In this document: positions 22,541 through 32,449 of the stretch, piece after piece
Position numbering within the stretch: the first letter of the stretch is position 1
Layout: every line of letters begins with the position of its first letter
Assembly: GCA_965116925.1 (NCBI GenBank)
Contig: OZ220744.1
Location: 1,344,001 to 1,408,000, forward strand
Length of the DNA: 64,000 bases
Direction of reading: 5' to 3'
Origin: Candidatus Poribacteria bacterium
Lineage (GTDB): Bacteria > Poribacteria > WGA-4E > PCPOR2b
The notes under the pieces: model-generated
The model's database searches: none
What the model was told of the DNA's origin: nothing
What the model saw: the letters and a program-made list of their open reading frames with translations, nothing else
Translations under genes and position numbers: made by a program

Positions 22541-25500
22541 TTATCCGCGTATCTGTACCCGCGAACTTCCATTCCCCATTTTTTCGACAGCGATTCGGAC
22601 AGGAATACGCCGCGTCAACTCACCAATGTGGCTGATGAGAAAGATGCTGCGTCCTTGCATCTGTAGCCCTTCAAGTGCGGCGATGGCAACATCAAGCGTC
22701 TCGGAATCAAGTGTCCCAAACCCCTCGTCAAGAAAGAGCGAATGGATCTGAGATCGCCCACGACTTAGCTCAGAGAGTGCAAGTGCCAAGGCGAGACTCG
22801 TCAGGAATGATTCCCCGCCGGAGAGCGTTTCAACAGGACGTTCCTCATTAGCGTTCCACCTATCGACGACAGTTAGCTTGCCAATGCTTTCGACCTTGAG
22901 TTGGTAACGTCCTGAAGTCAAGTATTCCAACTGTGCATTGGCAATGCGGCTGACCTGTTTGAACATAATATCTAACGCAAAATCGCGTAGGCCATTGGCA
23001 GGAATTGCGCTTTGTAAACGACTCCATCGCTCCAATTCGTCAGTGGTCGTCTGAATTTCATCATCAAAAGCCTCACGCTTAGAGAGGGCATCTGTCAGTT
23101 CTTCTATCGTTTTCTTTTGTGCACCAATGTCCCGCTGCACCTCTTGAACCTGCTCCTCAATTTCTTTAGCCTGTGCTGTAATTCGTTCTAACACCTGTGG
23201 ATCAAGCGGAGTTTCCTCAAATTGAGCCTGCAGATTGGCAATTTTGTCCTCAAGTAAATGCTTTTCTTGGGTAAAGTCATTGATCTCTTTGTGTATCCGT
23301 TCCATCTCCGAATCGGTTCGGAACGCGCTATCATGTGCCTCTAGCGAATCAAATCCTACGCTGCTTAACTTGTCAAAGTAACTAGCCTGTGCTGTTTCAA
23401 AGTCTTTGCTACATTCCCCTTGCCGGTCTTGGCAGTGCCGGTAATCCGCTTGTTTTTCAGTGCGTTGATCACGGCTCTCTTGTAACTTCTGATCCGCTTT
23501 TTCTCGTTGGTCCGCTTTGCTCTGAATCTCCATATCTAACTTTTCGATAGCGGTGTCAATCTCCTCTTCGGTTGTCAATCCATCAGTTTTGCTGCGTGCA
23601 GCCTCCAAAAAACCGTTTCCTTCATTTCGATAGCCTTCGATTTCGGTTTGCAATTTCCCATGATTCTCTCGTTCGGTTCCAAGAGATCTCTCTTTCTCTC
23701 TGATGACGATGTTGCATTGTGCAAGTTCATTCTGTTTTTCATCTCGTTCTCGCTCATATACTGCTACGGTTTCAATTTTATCCTCAAATTGATCGATGGC
23801 ATCTTCTGTACCGATTCCATGGAAGGATTCGGGGAGTAATTTCCAAGAACGGGTTTCGCTATCTACGATGTCCGCGGTCAAATTTTCAATCTCAGCAGTC
23901 ACGGTATGCAGCTTCTGTTGGTTGTCCTCCAATCGGTTGCCTTCTCGATCAATGTCTCGGTCACAGGTTGTAAGTTTTTCAGAAACCATTTTCAAGTCAT
24001 TTGATGCTTGGTTGTACGCATCGCGAGCATTACCCAGGTTATCGATCGCAGTATCTGCTTCATTAATCCTCTCTTCAATCCACTCGGATGAAATGTCCGC
24101 GGTCTCATTGAGTGTTTGCCACTCCGTCCGGGCGGATTCGATTTTTTCCCTCAGACTCGTTATCTCCGTCATACATGCGTCAACTTGGGTAGCAATATTC
24201 GTTTTATCCTGTTGGAGACGTACCTGCTCTTGTTCTATACACCTATTCTGTTCTTGTACTTTCTGTGCCTCTGTTTCGGCAACGTCTAAGGCGTTCTGTG
24301 CAATTTCGAGTTGCTTTTCGCTATCAAGTTCAACGTCATCAGCGCAGGGGTGCTCCGTAGCACCACACACACGACACGGCTGCCCTGGCTCAAGCTGCCG
24401 CCGAAGCTGATTGATAGGATTTGCCAAGAGTGCCAATTCCTTCTCCGCTTCCAACCGAGTGACTTCAGCCTCTGCACGCTTGCATAGATGCAGTTGAACG
24501 TCTAGTTTCTTTTTCAGGTCATCAAGTGATTCATCAAGTGTGACAACGCGCCCCTGCAATTCTGCTGCGTTGCGTTCCTCGTCATGTAGTCGGCTCAGGG
24601 AAGCTTCATGCCCTTGTGCGATTGGTAACGCCTGCCTCGCCTGTTCTCTTCGGCTCTGCCAGTCCTCAAGGTTGCCGGTTGCTTGGAATGCCTTTAATTC
24701 CGTGTCAGCCCTTGCAAGTACAGCCGCTGCATTCTCCTTGTCCACAAGGAGTTTTTCTCGGTTTTCGGATAGCTCTTTTAATTCTCCCGCTGACCTATCT
24801 ATTTCTGAGGTATACTCTGACTGGCTGTTTGATTTTTCCTCTCGCTGTCTCCGTTGCAAGCGAATCTCTGCTAGCAGTTCTTTTGCTTGGGTAAGACGCG
24901 ATTGCCGATCTGGAGGAAGCGGATTTTCTGCCAAGAAGGTTTCTGCCTGATGAATATCTGCCTCCAACGCGGCTTGATTCTGATGCAGATCAGCTAACTC
25001 GGTTACAAGGATATCAATTTTTTCCTTTAGCTGCTGCAAAGGAGGTTGCCGTTCTGCTACGAGTTGGAATTGCGTATGTGCATGTGCCACATCAGATTTC
25101 GCCTCCCTGTACGTCTCAGTTTTCTGATCGCCGCCGGCTTTCGCTATCTGATACACCTCATCTTTCTCGTCAAAGTCGGTTTGATTTTCATCGAATTGCT
25201 TTTGTGCTTCCGCAAGTTCGGTCTCAGTCTGACGAAGCCCCGCATCCGCTTTCCCGAGTTCCGATTTTGCTATATCAAACCTCTGTTTTTCAGGGAGCAG
25301 CCGATTCGCACGATCTGCACACTCGCGCTCTGTTTCAAGGGCGTCGATCATCGGTTGTTGATTCACCAGTTTTTCTTGGCGTTCCTCTGAAGCCTGAAGT
25401 TCCGCAAATTCTTCTTGGCGTTTTTTTTCCTGCTCTAGCTCCTTCTGAATTTTCTCGCTTTTCACACTTAACACCTTAGATGACGCTTGCAAGCTGCCAA

Positions 25501-26185
25501 GGCCAGCCTCAGCTTCAGCGAGTTGCTCACGAGAGGCTTCCGGGAGAACATTCAGTTTGTTTAAGACATTCGCTTGTTCTTCCCTAACCACTCGTACTTT
25601 TTCGTTTAATGCGTTTTTCAGTTCCTCATAGATGCCGACACCCGCAGTGGCTTCTAAAATTGTCCTTCTCTCTTCATCTTTCGCCTTCAAAAATGCTGCA
25701 AACTCTCCCTGTGCTAACATAACAGACCGCTTAAACGCATCAAAATCAAGTCCCAAGATATCGGTTATCTCTTCGCTGATCGTCTGTTTGCTGGCACCGA
25801 GCGTTTTACCTCGGGCGGATAGTCTATCACTGATCAGTTTGCCATTCTCAGTCGAAAGCAACCGTCCCTTTGGAGAACCTCGACGTCTCAGGTTCCATTC
25901 AGCAAGGTAGCGGGTGCTGCTTGCGACAAAATGCACCTCGGCATAGGCATCAGTTTCACCGTGGCTGATGAGATGGCTCGGATTTTGGCTTCCAACTCCT
26001 GTCAAGCGCGGTGTTCTGCCATATAAGGCGACGCAGATCGCATCCAACAGCGTTGTTTTCCCCGCACCGGTGGGACCAGTAATTGCCACAAGGGAGGCCT
26101 CATCTAACGGCGATTGTTCAAAGTCGAGTTCAATATCTCCGCGGAAACTGTTCAGATTCTTGAGCTTCAGTTTGCATAGTTTCAT
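22541..26185 (-). CDS. sbcC: SbcC/Rad50-like SMC ATPase
   Basis: Walker A GPTGAGKT, LAQGEF, zinc hook CRVC, LSGGE, LDEGFG; long coiled coils. Confidence 0.95.
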   Translation of the reverse strand: MKLCKLKLKNLNSFRGDIELDFEQSPLDEASLVAITGPTGAGKTTLLDAICVALYGRTPRLTGVGSQNPSHLISHGETDAYAEVHFVASSTRYLAEWNLRRRGSPKGRLLSTENGKLISDRLSARGKTLGASKQTISEEITDILGLDFDAFKRSVMLAQGEFAAFLKAKDEERRTILEATAGVGIYEELKNALNEKVRVVREEQANVLNKLNVLPEASREQLAEAEAGLGSLQASSKVLSVKSEKIQKELEQEKKRQEEFAELQASEERQEKLVNQQPMIDALETERECADRANRLLPEKQRFDIAKSELGKADAGLRQTETELAEAQKQFDENQTDFDEKDEVYQIAKAGGDQKTETYREAKSDVAHAHTQFQLVAERQPPLQQLKEKIDILVTELADLHQNQAALEADIHQAETFLAENPLPPDRQSRLTQAKELLAEIRLQRRQREEKSNSQSEYTSEIDRSAGELKELSENREKLLVDKENAAAVLARADTELKAFQATGNLEDWQSRREQARQALPIAQGHEASLSRLHDEERNAAELQGRVVTLDESLDDLKKKLDVQLHLCKRAEAEVTRLEAEKELALLANPINQLRRQLEPGQPCRVCGATEHPCADDVELDSEKQLEIAQNALDVAETEAQKVQEQNRCIEQEQVRLQQDKTNIATQVDACMTEITSLREKIESARTEWQTLNETADISSEWIEERINEADTAIDNLGNARDAYNQASNDLKMVSEKLTTCDRDIDREGNRLEDNQQKLHTVTAEIENLTADIVDSETRSWKLLPESFHGIGTEDAIDQFEDKIETVAVYERERDEKQNELAQCNIVIREKERSLGTERENHGKLQTEIEGYRNEGNGFLEAARSKTDGLTTEEEIDTAIEKLDMEIQSKADQREKADQKLQESRDQRTEKQADYRHCQDRQGECSKDFETAQASYFDKLSSVGFDSLEAHDSAFRTDSEMERIHKEINDFTQEKHLLEDKIANLQAQFEETPLDPQVLERITAQAKEIEEQVQEVQRDIGAQKKTIEELTDALSKREAFDDEIQTTTDELERWSRLQSAIPANGLRDFALDIMFKQVSRIANAQLEYLTSGRYQLKVESIGKLTVVDRWNANEERPVETLSGGESFLTSLALALALSELSRGRSQIHSLFLDEGFGTLDSETLDVAIAALEGLQMQGRSIFLISHIGELTRRIPVRIAVEKMGNGSSRVQIRG

Positions 26186-27348
26186 GTTTCCTCCTCAACG
26201 AGTTGCAGTAACTCATTGAACGTTTTCATCATCACTTCATCAGGATTCTCATTAAACTTTTCTTTGTAAAACTGTTCAAAGATTTCTGTTGGCTGCTGCA
26301 TATCCTCAATCGGTATTTCCTGCCGTTCCGTTTGTGCCGGCAGTTCAACCTCGACACTCAAGACCGTCCCACCACGTTGATGAAACATCTCTCGAATCTG
26401 ATCGCTGATGCCAACTTCCGGTCGGTCAAGTTTCAGTTGTACCTGAATATATTTCCCGCCCCATTCTGGCGACATTGCCATTAAGCCTATTTCGTCCAGG
26501 TTCCCTGCCACGGTGCGGAGTTCCTTGAAAATAGGAATCTCAATCTCTTCTATCTCCACACCACCGGGTGTTGAAACATCTAACAGATACACCTTCTTGG
26601 GGTAGTTGGCTTCGTTGAATCGCAGCGGCAGCGGTGAACCAGCATATTGGACAGGATAACTTGCGCCACTAATGGCGTGAGGACGATGCAGATGTCCGAG
26701 GGCAACATAAGTCACATCATCAGGAAAATCGTTTATCCGCATCGCTGTCGCCCCGCCGATTTGGATATTCCGTTCCGAGTCTCCCACTTTTCCGCCATGA
26801 ACGAAGAGATGTCCCATCAAAATCTTGGCAAGTCCCGGTGGCATACAACTAACACATTGACGATAGAATGCCTTCAACCGTTCTCGATACCGTTCTGCTC
26901 TTTCAGGCTCTGTCTCAAATGAAATATGTGAAAGTTCACTTTCGGGGAGGTAGGGAACTGCTGCAATAGCAACACTTGGATTTTCAGAAGGAAGGGTAAT
27001 AACGCACTCCGCGGGTTCAGATGCAAGTCCGACGACGTGGATCCGTCCCATTCTAAGGAACTCTTGAGGCGCAGCTAAATGGATCGGAGAGTCATGGTTG
27101 CCGGCGGTGATGACAGCGTGAGCGTGTGTCTCATGGAATAGTCGAGAGAGGAATCGGTAGTAGAGGGCTGTTGCTTTAGAGGAGGGAAGGGCAATATCAA
27201 AGATGTCGCCCGAAACGAGTAGCACGTCAACCTTATTTTTTTGGAGCGTCGTCAGTAGCCAATCAAGGAATTGACGATGCTCCCCGATTCGATCCTGTTC
27301 ATAGAGTCGATGCCCGATGTGCCAGTCCGATGTGTGAAGAATACGCAT
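26182..27348 (-). CDS. sbcD: SbcD/Mre11-like nuclease
   Basis: HTSDWHIG, GDIFD, GNHD, LGHLH; 4-nt overlap with sbcC. Confidence 0.95.
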   Translation of the reverse strand: MRILHTSDWHIGHRLYEQDRIGEHRQFLDWLLTTLQKNKVDVLLVSGDIFDIALPSSKATALYYRFLSRLFHETHAHAVITAGNHDSPIHLAAPQEFLRMGRIHVVGLASEPAECVITLPSENPSVAIAAVPYLPESELSHISFETEPERAERYRERLKAFYRQCVSCMPPGLAKILMGHLFVHGGKVGDSERNIQIGGATAMRINDFPDDVTYVALGHLHRPHAISGASYPVQYAGSPLPLRFNEANYPKKVYLLDVSTPGGVEIEEIEIPIFKELRTVAGNLDEIGLMAMSPEWGGKYIQVQLKLDRPEVGISDQIREMFHQRGGTVLSVEVELPAQTERQEIPIEDMQQPTEIFEQFYKEKFNENPDEVMMKTFNELLQLVEEET

Positions 27349-27479
27349 AGATGGGTTTGCTGCTCCGGATAAATTTGGCTTGAGATAGCTGAAGCCTACT
27401 GGTATAATAGACCAAATTTGCGAGACTAATTTTCATCACTGATGTGACTGTGAACTGAATCGTTGAGGGAGAATAACTG

Positions 27480-28028
27480 ATGAAACCGATAAACCAAGCC
27501 CGAAGATCTTTCCTCGTCGTGTCTATCCTGTTTTCACTAATGATTGCTTTAACGGGATGTGTGTCGCCGGATCGAGAAAATCGCAGATATGAACATGCGC
27601 TCATTGAGAAACCTGCACCCGACTTCACACTACGGGATCTCAGGGGAAATCAAGTCAGTCTGTCGGATTTCAGAGGACAGCCGGTCGTACTCAACTTCTG
27701 GGCGACGTGGTGCAGTCCTTGCCGCGTAGAGATCCCACATCTGGAGGCACTTTACACAAAATATAAAGATCAGGGGTTGGTGGTCATCGGTATGAACACC
27801 GAAACTGATTATATGAAAGTGAAGCACTTTGCAGAACCCCAGATCTCATACACCGTGCTTTTGGACGGAGGCACCCAAGCTCAGGGATATGATGTCAGCG
27901 GTATACCGTGCACATACTATATCGACAGGGCAGGAATTATTCAGCACCGTAGTGTGGGCTTTGGTTCCGGTGACGAGGTTCTGATTGAGGAAAAAATAAA
28001 AAAACTGATCGCTGATACCGATCACTAA
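27480..28028 (+). CDS. TlpA/ResA-like redoxin lipoprotein
   Basis: Lipobox LTGC; APDFTL; NFWATWCSPC. Confidence 0.9.
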   Translation: MKPINQARRSFLVVSILFSLMIALTGCVSPDRENRRYEHALIEKPAPDFTLRDLRGNQVSLSDFRGQPVVLNFWATWCSPCRVEIPHLEALYTKYKDQGLVVIGMNTETDYMKVKHFAEPQISYTVLLDGGTQAQGYDVSGIPCTYYIDRAGIIQHRSVGFGSGDEVLIEEKIKKLIADTDH

Positions 28029-28074
28029 TAAGGTCAAGAGATAGAAGTATATTCTAGCGGAATTTACCTCTTCC

Positions 28075-28098
28075 GTAGGAGGGATCTCCGAATCCCGA
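28075..28098 (+). repeat. GTAG-type REP-like hairpin (near-identical copy at 33671-33693)
   Basis: gtaggagggatctccgaatcccg present at both sites. Confidence 0.7.
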
Positions 28099-28130
28099 CA
28101 TCCCAATCTAGGCATATCTATCAGTCCTAC

Positions 28131-28781
28131 CTAAAATTCCAACAGATCATCGAGTTCCTTCTCGTCTGCTTCCTCTTGAGTAATCGCGTTCTGTGCATCT
28201 TCCACGTCCTTCTTGGAGGCGAAGCCGTACAGTTCTATTTCAGAGATCTTCGCCGGCGCACGGACGTGCCCGGAATAAATCCGCCAGCCGCGCACACGTT
28301 GGATGTTCTTCTGCCGCAGCTCTGCATCATCTGAAGTCCGACTAATCCGAACTTTAACGCCCGTGGTACGCACAGCGCGATTCAGTCGAACATCAGTGAC
28401 CTTCTGCTTAACGCTTTTGATCTCCTTGATCCGCTCCCATCTGCCTTGATTGTCAGCAACCCATATATCAAATGCCTGCACGTTAGAGGAATGTAACACA
28501 ACGCGGTGAATGGATTTCGCGACGGGAAGGAGTATCACCGATTCGGAGGAGGCGTGGTGGCTTTGAACAACATCCGACGAAGGCTCAACATATTGCGATT
28601 GACCAATCGTTTTGAGATCGCCATCAACAATTGCCGGATCATTGGCTTGTACGCCATCCATAAGTGCGTAATTCTCACTCCATGCTTGGTCAGCAATGAA
28701 AGCCGGAACCGTAGTACACCCGTAAAATGCAACAAAGCTAAATGCTAGAAAGAGATAGGTAAAGGTGGATTGGAATCGCAT
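28131..28781 (-). CDS. Hypothetical lipoprotein, possible discoidin/jelly-roll domain
   Basis: Lipobox FYGC; NYAL...IVDGD...ISEIELYG pattern typical of F5/8-like domains. Confidence 0.6.
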   Translation of the reverse strand: MRFQSTFTYLFLAFSFVAFYGCTTVPAFIADQAWSENYALMDGVQANDPAIVDGDLKTIGQSQYVEPSSDVVQSHHASSESVILLPVAKSIHRVVLHSSNVQAFDIWVADNQGRWERIKEIKSVKQKVTDVRLNRAVRTTGVKVRISRTSDDAELRQKNIQRVRGWRIYSGHVRAPAKISEIELYGFASKKDVEDAQNAITQEEADEKELDDLLEF

Positions 28782-28787
28782 CTGATT

Positions 28788-29798
28788 TTACCTCCCAAGT
28801 CGTTTCTGGTTCGCCTGCATAATAGCCGACATAATTTCCGATCTGGTTATATGGCGGATATCGAATTTAAGCTCTTCAAAAAACGGAAAAAGATCCTGAC
28901 CGGCTGCTTGGCTCAGATAGTAGACCAGAAAGCTGGTAGCCATTTCACCGGGCAGCCTTTGATGCAGTTGATCTTCTTCCATTAACTGAAAAACTGTCGG
29001 GTAAAAATCCTCACCAAACCGCTTTTTCAATTCCGCCACGATTGAGTAGGAGTAGCTATACCGCCATTGAGTCAACTGATCTGCGCTGAGATGCCCCTTC
29101 CAGAATTGGACCGCATTGCGACCATCAAGATCGGTTTCCAAATCTTTATGCAGATCCAGCCGGCGGTGACTCTTTCCCCGCGCATATTCGACCTGAACCA
29201 GAACCGCGATGCCTTCTGCAAACCATGTCGGCAGCAGGTAGATATTTGTGAACGCGTGGGTCAACTCATGCGCTCGGACATCCCTCTGGTTAAACATTGC
29301 AACAGGGAAATCCATTTCGATCCCTTCAACAACTTTTAACCACTCACCGTTTTGGTAAATTGTTTGGGTGCGAGTTGATGTCGTTGCAAGGTTTGTAGAG
29401 CCGTGATGGGTCTGCCGGAGGTTCACCACTAGTTGGTGCTCCGGTTCAAAGCCGAAGATGTCATGAACGTAATTGTAAAGACTCTCCATAAACAGCAGCG
29501 CACCTTTGCCCACATTCTGACGCTCGTCGGGGTCATCATAGTCTGGATGTGTTAGCAGATCCGCGGCAAAGGTAAAGGTGTAATGCTCGCTCTCAAGCGT
29601 CAAGCCATCTGCTGCCATTTCGATTTCAGTGGTTGGACGTTCAAATGTCACATACCGTTCTTGTTGCTCTCGTCTGGTTCGCTCCTGTTTGCGCTGTTGT
29701 GCCTCTTCCAAGGCAGCGCAACCTATAAAAAGAAATGCAGCTATGACTAAAATTGATATAGGGGAGGAATGCTTGATAAATTGATTAAGGTTTTTCAC
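28788..29798 (-). CDS. Lipoprotein with gluzincin (peptidase MA-like) motif
   Basis: Lipobox FIGC; AHELTH followed by PTWFAEGIA. Confidence 0.65.
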   Translation of the reverse strand: MKNLNQFIKHSSPISILVIAAFLFIGCAALEEAQQRKQERTRREQQERYVTFERPTTEIEMAADGLTLESEHYTFTFAADLLTHPDYDDPDERQNVGKGALLFMESLYNYVHDIFGFEPEHQLVVNLRQTHHGSTNLATTSTRTQTIYQNGEWLKVVEGIEMDFPVAMFNQRDVRAHELTHAFTNIYLLPTWFAEGIAVLVQVEYARGKSHRRLDLHKDLETDLDGRNAVQFWKGHLSADQLTQWRYSYSYSIVAELKKRFGEDFYPTVFQLMEEDQLHQRLPGEMATSFLVYYLSQAAGQDLFPFFEELKFDIRHITRSEIMSAIMQANQKRLGR

Positions 29799-29875
29799 TT
29801 ATTGTTCTCCCTCTCCGATCAATGGATGCGGCGTTTACTAGCTTTCAACCGAGATTCAAGGATTTTTTGGGAGAG

Positions 29876-31021
29876 TTAATCGGCAGCTATATCAGCCGAG
29901 TCAACTTGTGCCGCGCGAATTGCATCACAGAGGTAACCGATACCTTCGCCTATATAATCAAGATGGGTGTACGCGTAAGCCAAGCGGATGCTTTTGACGG
30001 GATCGCCTCGATAATGGAATGCACTACCGGTGCTGTAACCCACGTTGTGTTGTGCAGCAATTTCTGCGACCTTGTCCATATCCGTTGTTTCCGGTAAATC
30101 AATCCAGAGGAAAAGCCCACCACGCGGCTCAGTCCACGTGCAAATGTCGCTGACATCTTCCCGGAGTGTGCCAACCACAGCACGACACTTCGCGCCTACT
30201 GCAGCGTTTGTCTTGGCTAGGTGTGCATCGAGATGTTCTTTGAAGAACTCTGCCACGATCGCGCTCGCTAGTGCACTACATCCACCATCCCACCGATTCG
30301 CATGAATCATCTCTTTATGTGGCGATTTGGCGACGAAATATCCCTGACGGAGACCACAACCGAGAATCTTCGAGAACGTTGCGATTAAAATGACGCGGTT
30401 TGATGTATCTAGTTTGTAAAGTGCGTCAGGTGTTGGGTTCGGCACAAAGTCAATGTCGCCATAACAATCGTCTTCAACAATCAGAGTATCATATTCTTCT
30501 GCCAGTTCCAACATCCGTTCTCGCCGTTCTAGCGACAGGATCGCTGACGTGGGATTTTGATGATTGGACGTGGTATAGATGAAACTCGGCTTGATGTTCT
30601 GAGCCTTGAGCTCTTTCAGTTTTTCCTCAAGAGCGTCCATGTTCATGCCGTCGATGTAGTCCATCGGCACACCCACGATATTCGCTTTGCAGTGTCGCAT
30701 GATGCCAAGCGTACCGCTGTAGGTATACTCTTCGGTTAAAACTGTATCTCCGGGGTTGATGAAGGTGCCTAGAACAAGTTCAAGTGCCTGCATCGAGCCG
30801 GACGTGATTGAAATGTCATCAACGTCTAACGGCACACCTTCCCGCCGTTCAAAACGCATTGACGCCAACTCACGTAAGCCCAGATATCCCTGTTCACCGG
30901 GATAGTTCACAAGATCTCCGCCTAACTTACGTAGTGCTTTCTCACTAGCTTCAATCAAACCCTCCGTCGGAAACGTAAACGGGTCAGGGCGTCCACCTGT
31001 AAAAGCAAAGTCTTTATCCAT
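29876..31021 (-). CDS. PLP-dependent class I/II aminotransferase (LysN/ARO8-like)
   Basis: TSGSMQAL, HQNPT, IVEDDCY, TFSKIL..GLR; AAGGAG RBS favours start 31021. Confidence 0.9.
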   Translation of the reverse strand: MDKDFAFTGGRPDPFTFPTEGLIEASEKALRKLGGDLVNYPGEQGYLGLRELASMRFERREGVPLDVDDISITSGSMQALELVLGTFINPGDTVLTEEYTYSGTLGIMRHCKANIVGVPMDYIDGMNMDALEEKLKELKAQNIKPSFIYTTSNHQNPTSAILSLERRERMLELAEEYDTLIVEDDCYGDIDFVPNPTPDALYKLDTSNRVILIATFSKILGCGLRQGYFVAKSPHKEMIHANRWDGGCSALASAIVAEFFKEHLDAHLAKTNAAVGAKCRAVVGTLREDVSDICTWTEPRGGLFLWIDLPETTDMDKVAEIAAQHNVGYSTGSAFHYRGDPVKSIRLAYAYTHLDYIGEGIGYLCDAIRAAQVDSADIAAD

Positions 31022-31232
31022 AATATTCTCCTTTAAAAACGGTGATTGGATCCCCGGATGGAACACTTTGATATATTCCTACACACCAAAGTCGTTGTGT
31101 TGTTTCAACGCTTGTGGAATGATGAATCCATGATGCTGTAAGTGCCGCTGGGGCATCATAGCCCAGAATCGGGACACATTTCTATTCTGTACGGTCTCTG
31201 AATGGGTCATACTTCCCAACCTAATTGAGACA

Positions 31233-31261
31233 ATTATAGCGTATTTCCATTAGAAATACAA
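31233..31261 (-). promoter_or_regulatory. Sigma70-type promoter upstream of the aminotransferase
   Basis: Minus strand TTGTAT-17nt-TATAAT. Confidence 0.5.
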
Positions 31262-31396
31262 GTATTTAGAGGAGATATGGTAGATGATCTACAAGAATGC
31301 CATGGGGATTCTACTAAGCATCAGAACGATACAACGGAATCGGCAACTCGAAGGTTGACTGCAAGGTTAGGTAAATCACTCAATTCGCGCAAACAG

Positions 31397-31443
31397 AAAG
31401 CCCCGGTATTAGACGACAATCTGTGCCGATACCGGGGCTTTTT
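31397..31443. terminator. Intrinsic terminator-like hairpin
   Basis: aaagccccggtat...ataccggggcttt (13-bp arms) with A/T flanks, just past the stop of the 31482 gene. Confidence 0.65.
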
Positions 31444-31481
31444 CATACTGTGACTTGTTGAATCAGATTGACGCTCTCTCT

Positions 31482-32369
31482 TTAGGCGTCCTCTAGACTA
31501 ATCAGGTTGTTTGCTGCATGAACGGGACGGAAAAGGGTGCGACGCTTTGGTGGCATTGATTCTAGGAGTTGAGGATGCGGATCCCAATCGTGCCATTTGG
31601 TGTCAACTGTGTTGTAACAGCTAAAGATAGCGAGCCGGTCATTTTCCGTATTTGTCCACGCTGAGCTGCTATGAGTAATAGCTTCGGTGAAGAACATCAA
31701 AGAGCCGGCAGGACAGGAATAGGTGTCCCAGAGAGGTGAATCGGGATTCTGAATGCTTGGAGGCGCGGTGTATACCGCCTTATGGCTCGCCGTGACGAAC
31801 AGTGTGCCACCCTGTCCTTCTTTCACCGGATTCAACTCCCAAACCACGCGGGTTAGACCGCTATGCGCCCTACCGGGGACGCAGTGATAGAAATGGGAAT
31901 CCCCCGGAAAACGCCACAGTCCATTACCGTTGTGTGGTCCGAATGGCGTATCACCGATTGTCCGATACATGAGGCTGCAAGATTCCATACGGAATCCGTA
32001 GCAATCTTGACTCGCCAACGCTGGATACGCCACAAATTCATTCATGAAACCTACGACGAGCGGATGGTCAGCGAGTTTCTGCATCGGTCCGCCGAGAGGA
32101 GAACGCTCATGTTCAGGGATAGATTCCGGGTCATTACGCAACTGGTAACCAAATTCTCGTATCTCTTTGATTTCGTTTTCCGTCAACACGCCCGGAATCA
32201 ATACCCACCCTTTACTATCAAAGACATATTTCTGTTCCTGAGTGAGTTCAATCACCGGTTCACCGTCCGAATTGGTGCGGGTTAAATCGGTCTGATCGGG
32301 ATCTAGGTTCGCCCCCAAGTTCTTATCGACAATGAACGGTTTCGCATAGGTGCTGTCTGTTAATGCCAT
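31482..32369 (-). CDS. PhyH-like Fe(II)/2OG enzyme with HxG metal motif
   Basis: EQKYVFDSKGW, GGTLFVTASHK, FTEAITH, NDR; first His occurs as HNG. Confidence 0.75.
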   Translation of the reverse strand: MALTDSTYAKPFIVDKNLGANLDPDQTDLTRTNSDGEPVIELTQEQKYVFDSKGWVLIPGVLTENEIKEIREFGYQLRNDPESIPEHERSPLGGPMQKLADHPLVVGFMNEFVAYPALASQDCYGFRMESCSLMYRTIGDTPFGPHNGNGLWRFPGDSHFYHCVPGRAHSGLTRVVWELNPVKEGQGGTLFVTASHKAVYTAPPSIQNPDSPLWDTYSCPAGSLMFFTEAITHSSSAWTNTENDRLAIFSCYNTVDTKWHDWDPHPQLLESMPPKRRTLFRPVHAANNLISLEDA

Positions 32370-32449
32370 AGAAGAATATCTCCTCCAATAGTCGATGGGA
32401 TTCAGGAATCAGTGGGATAACCAAGTCCTGTCTCCCACTTTCGTAACGA

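Noticed and set aside
22541..27348. SMC ATPase plus nuclease as a defence system (Wadjet/Lamassu-like)
   Set aside because: Canonical sbcDC order, zinc hook and Mre11 motifs; no accessory defence genes
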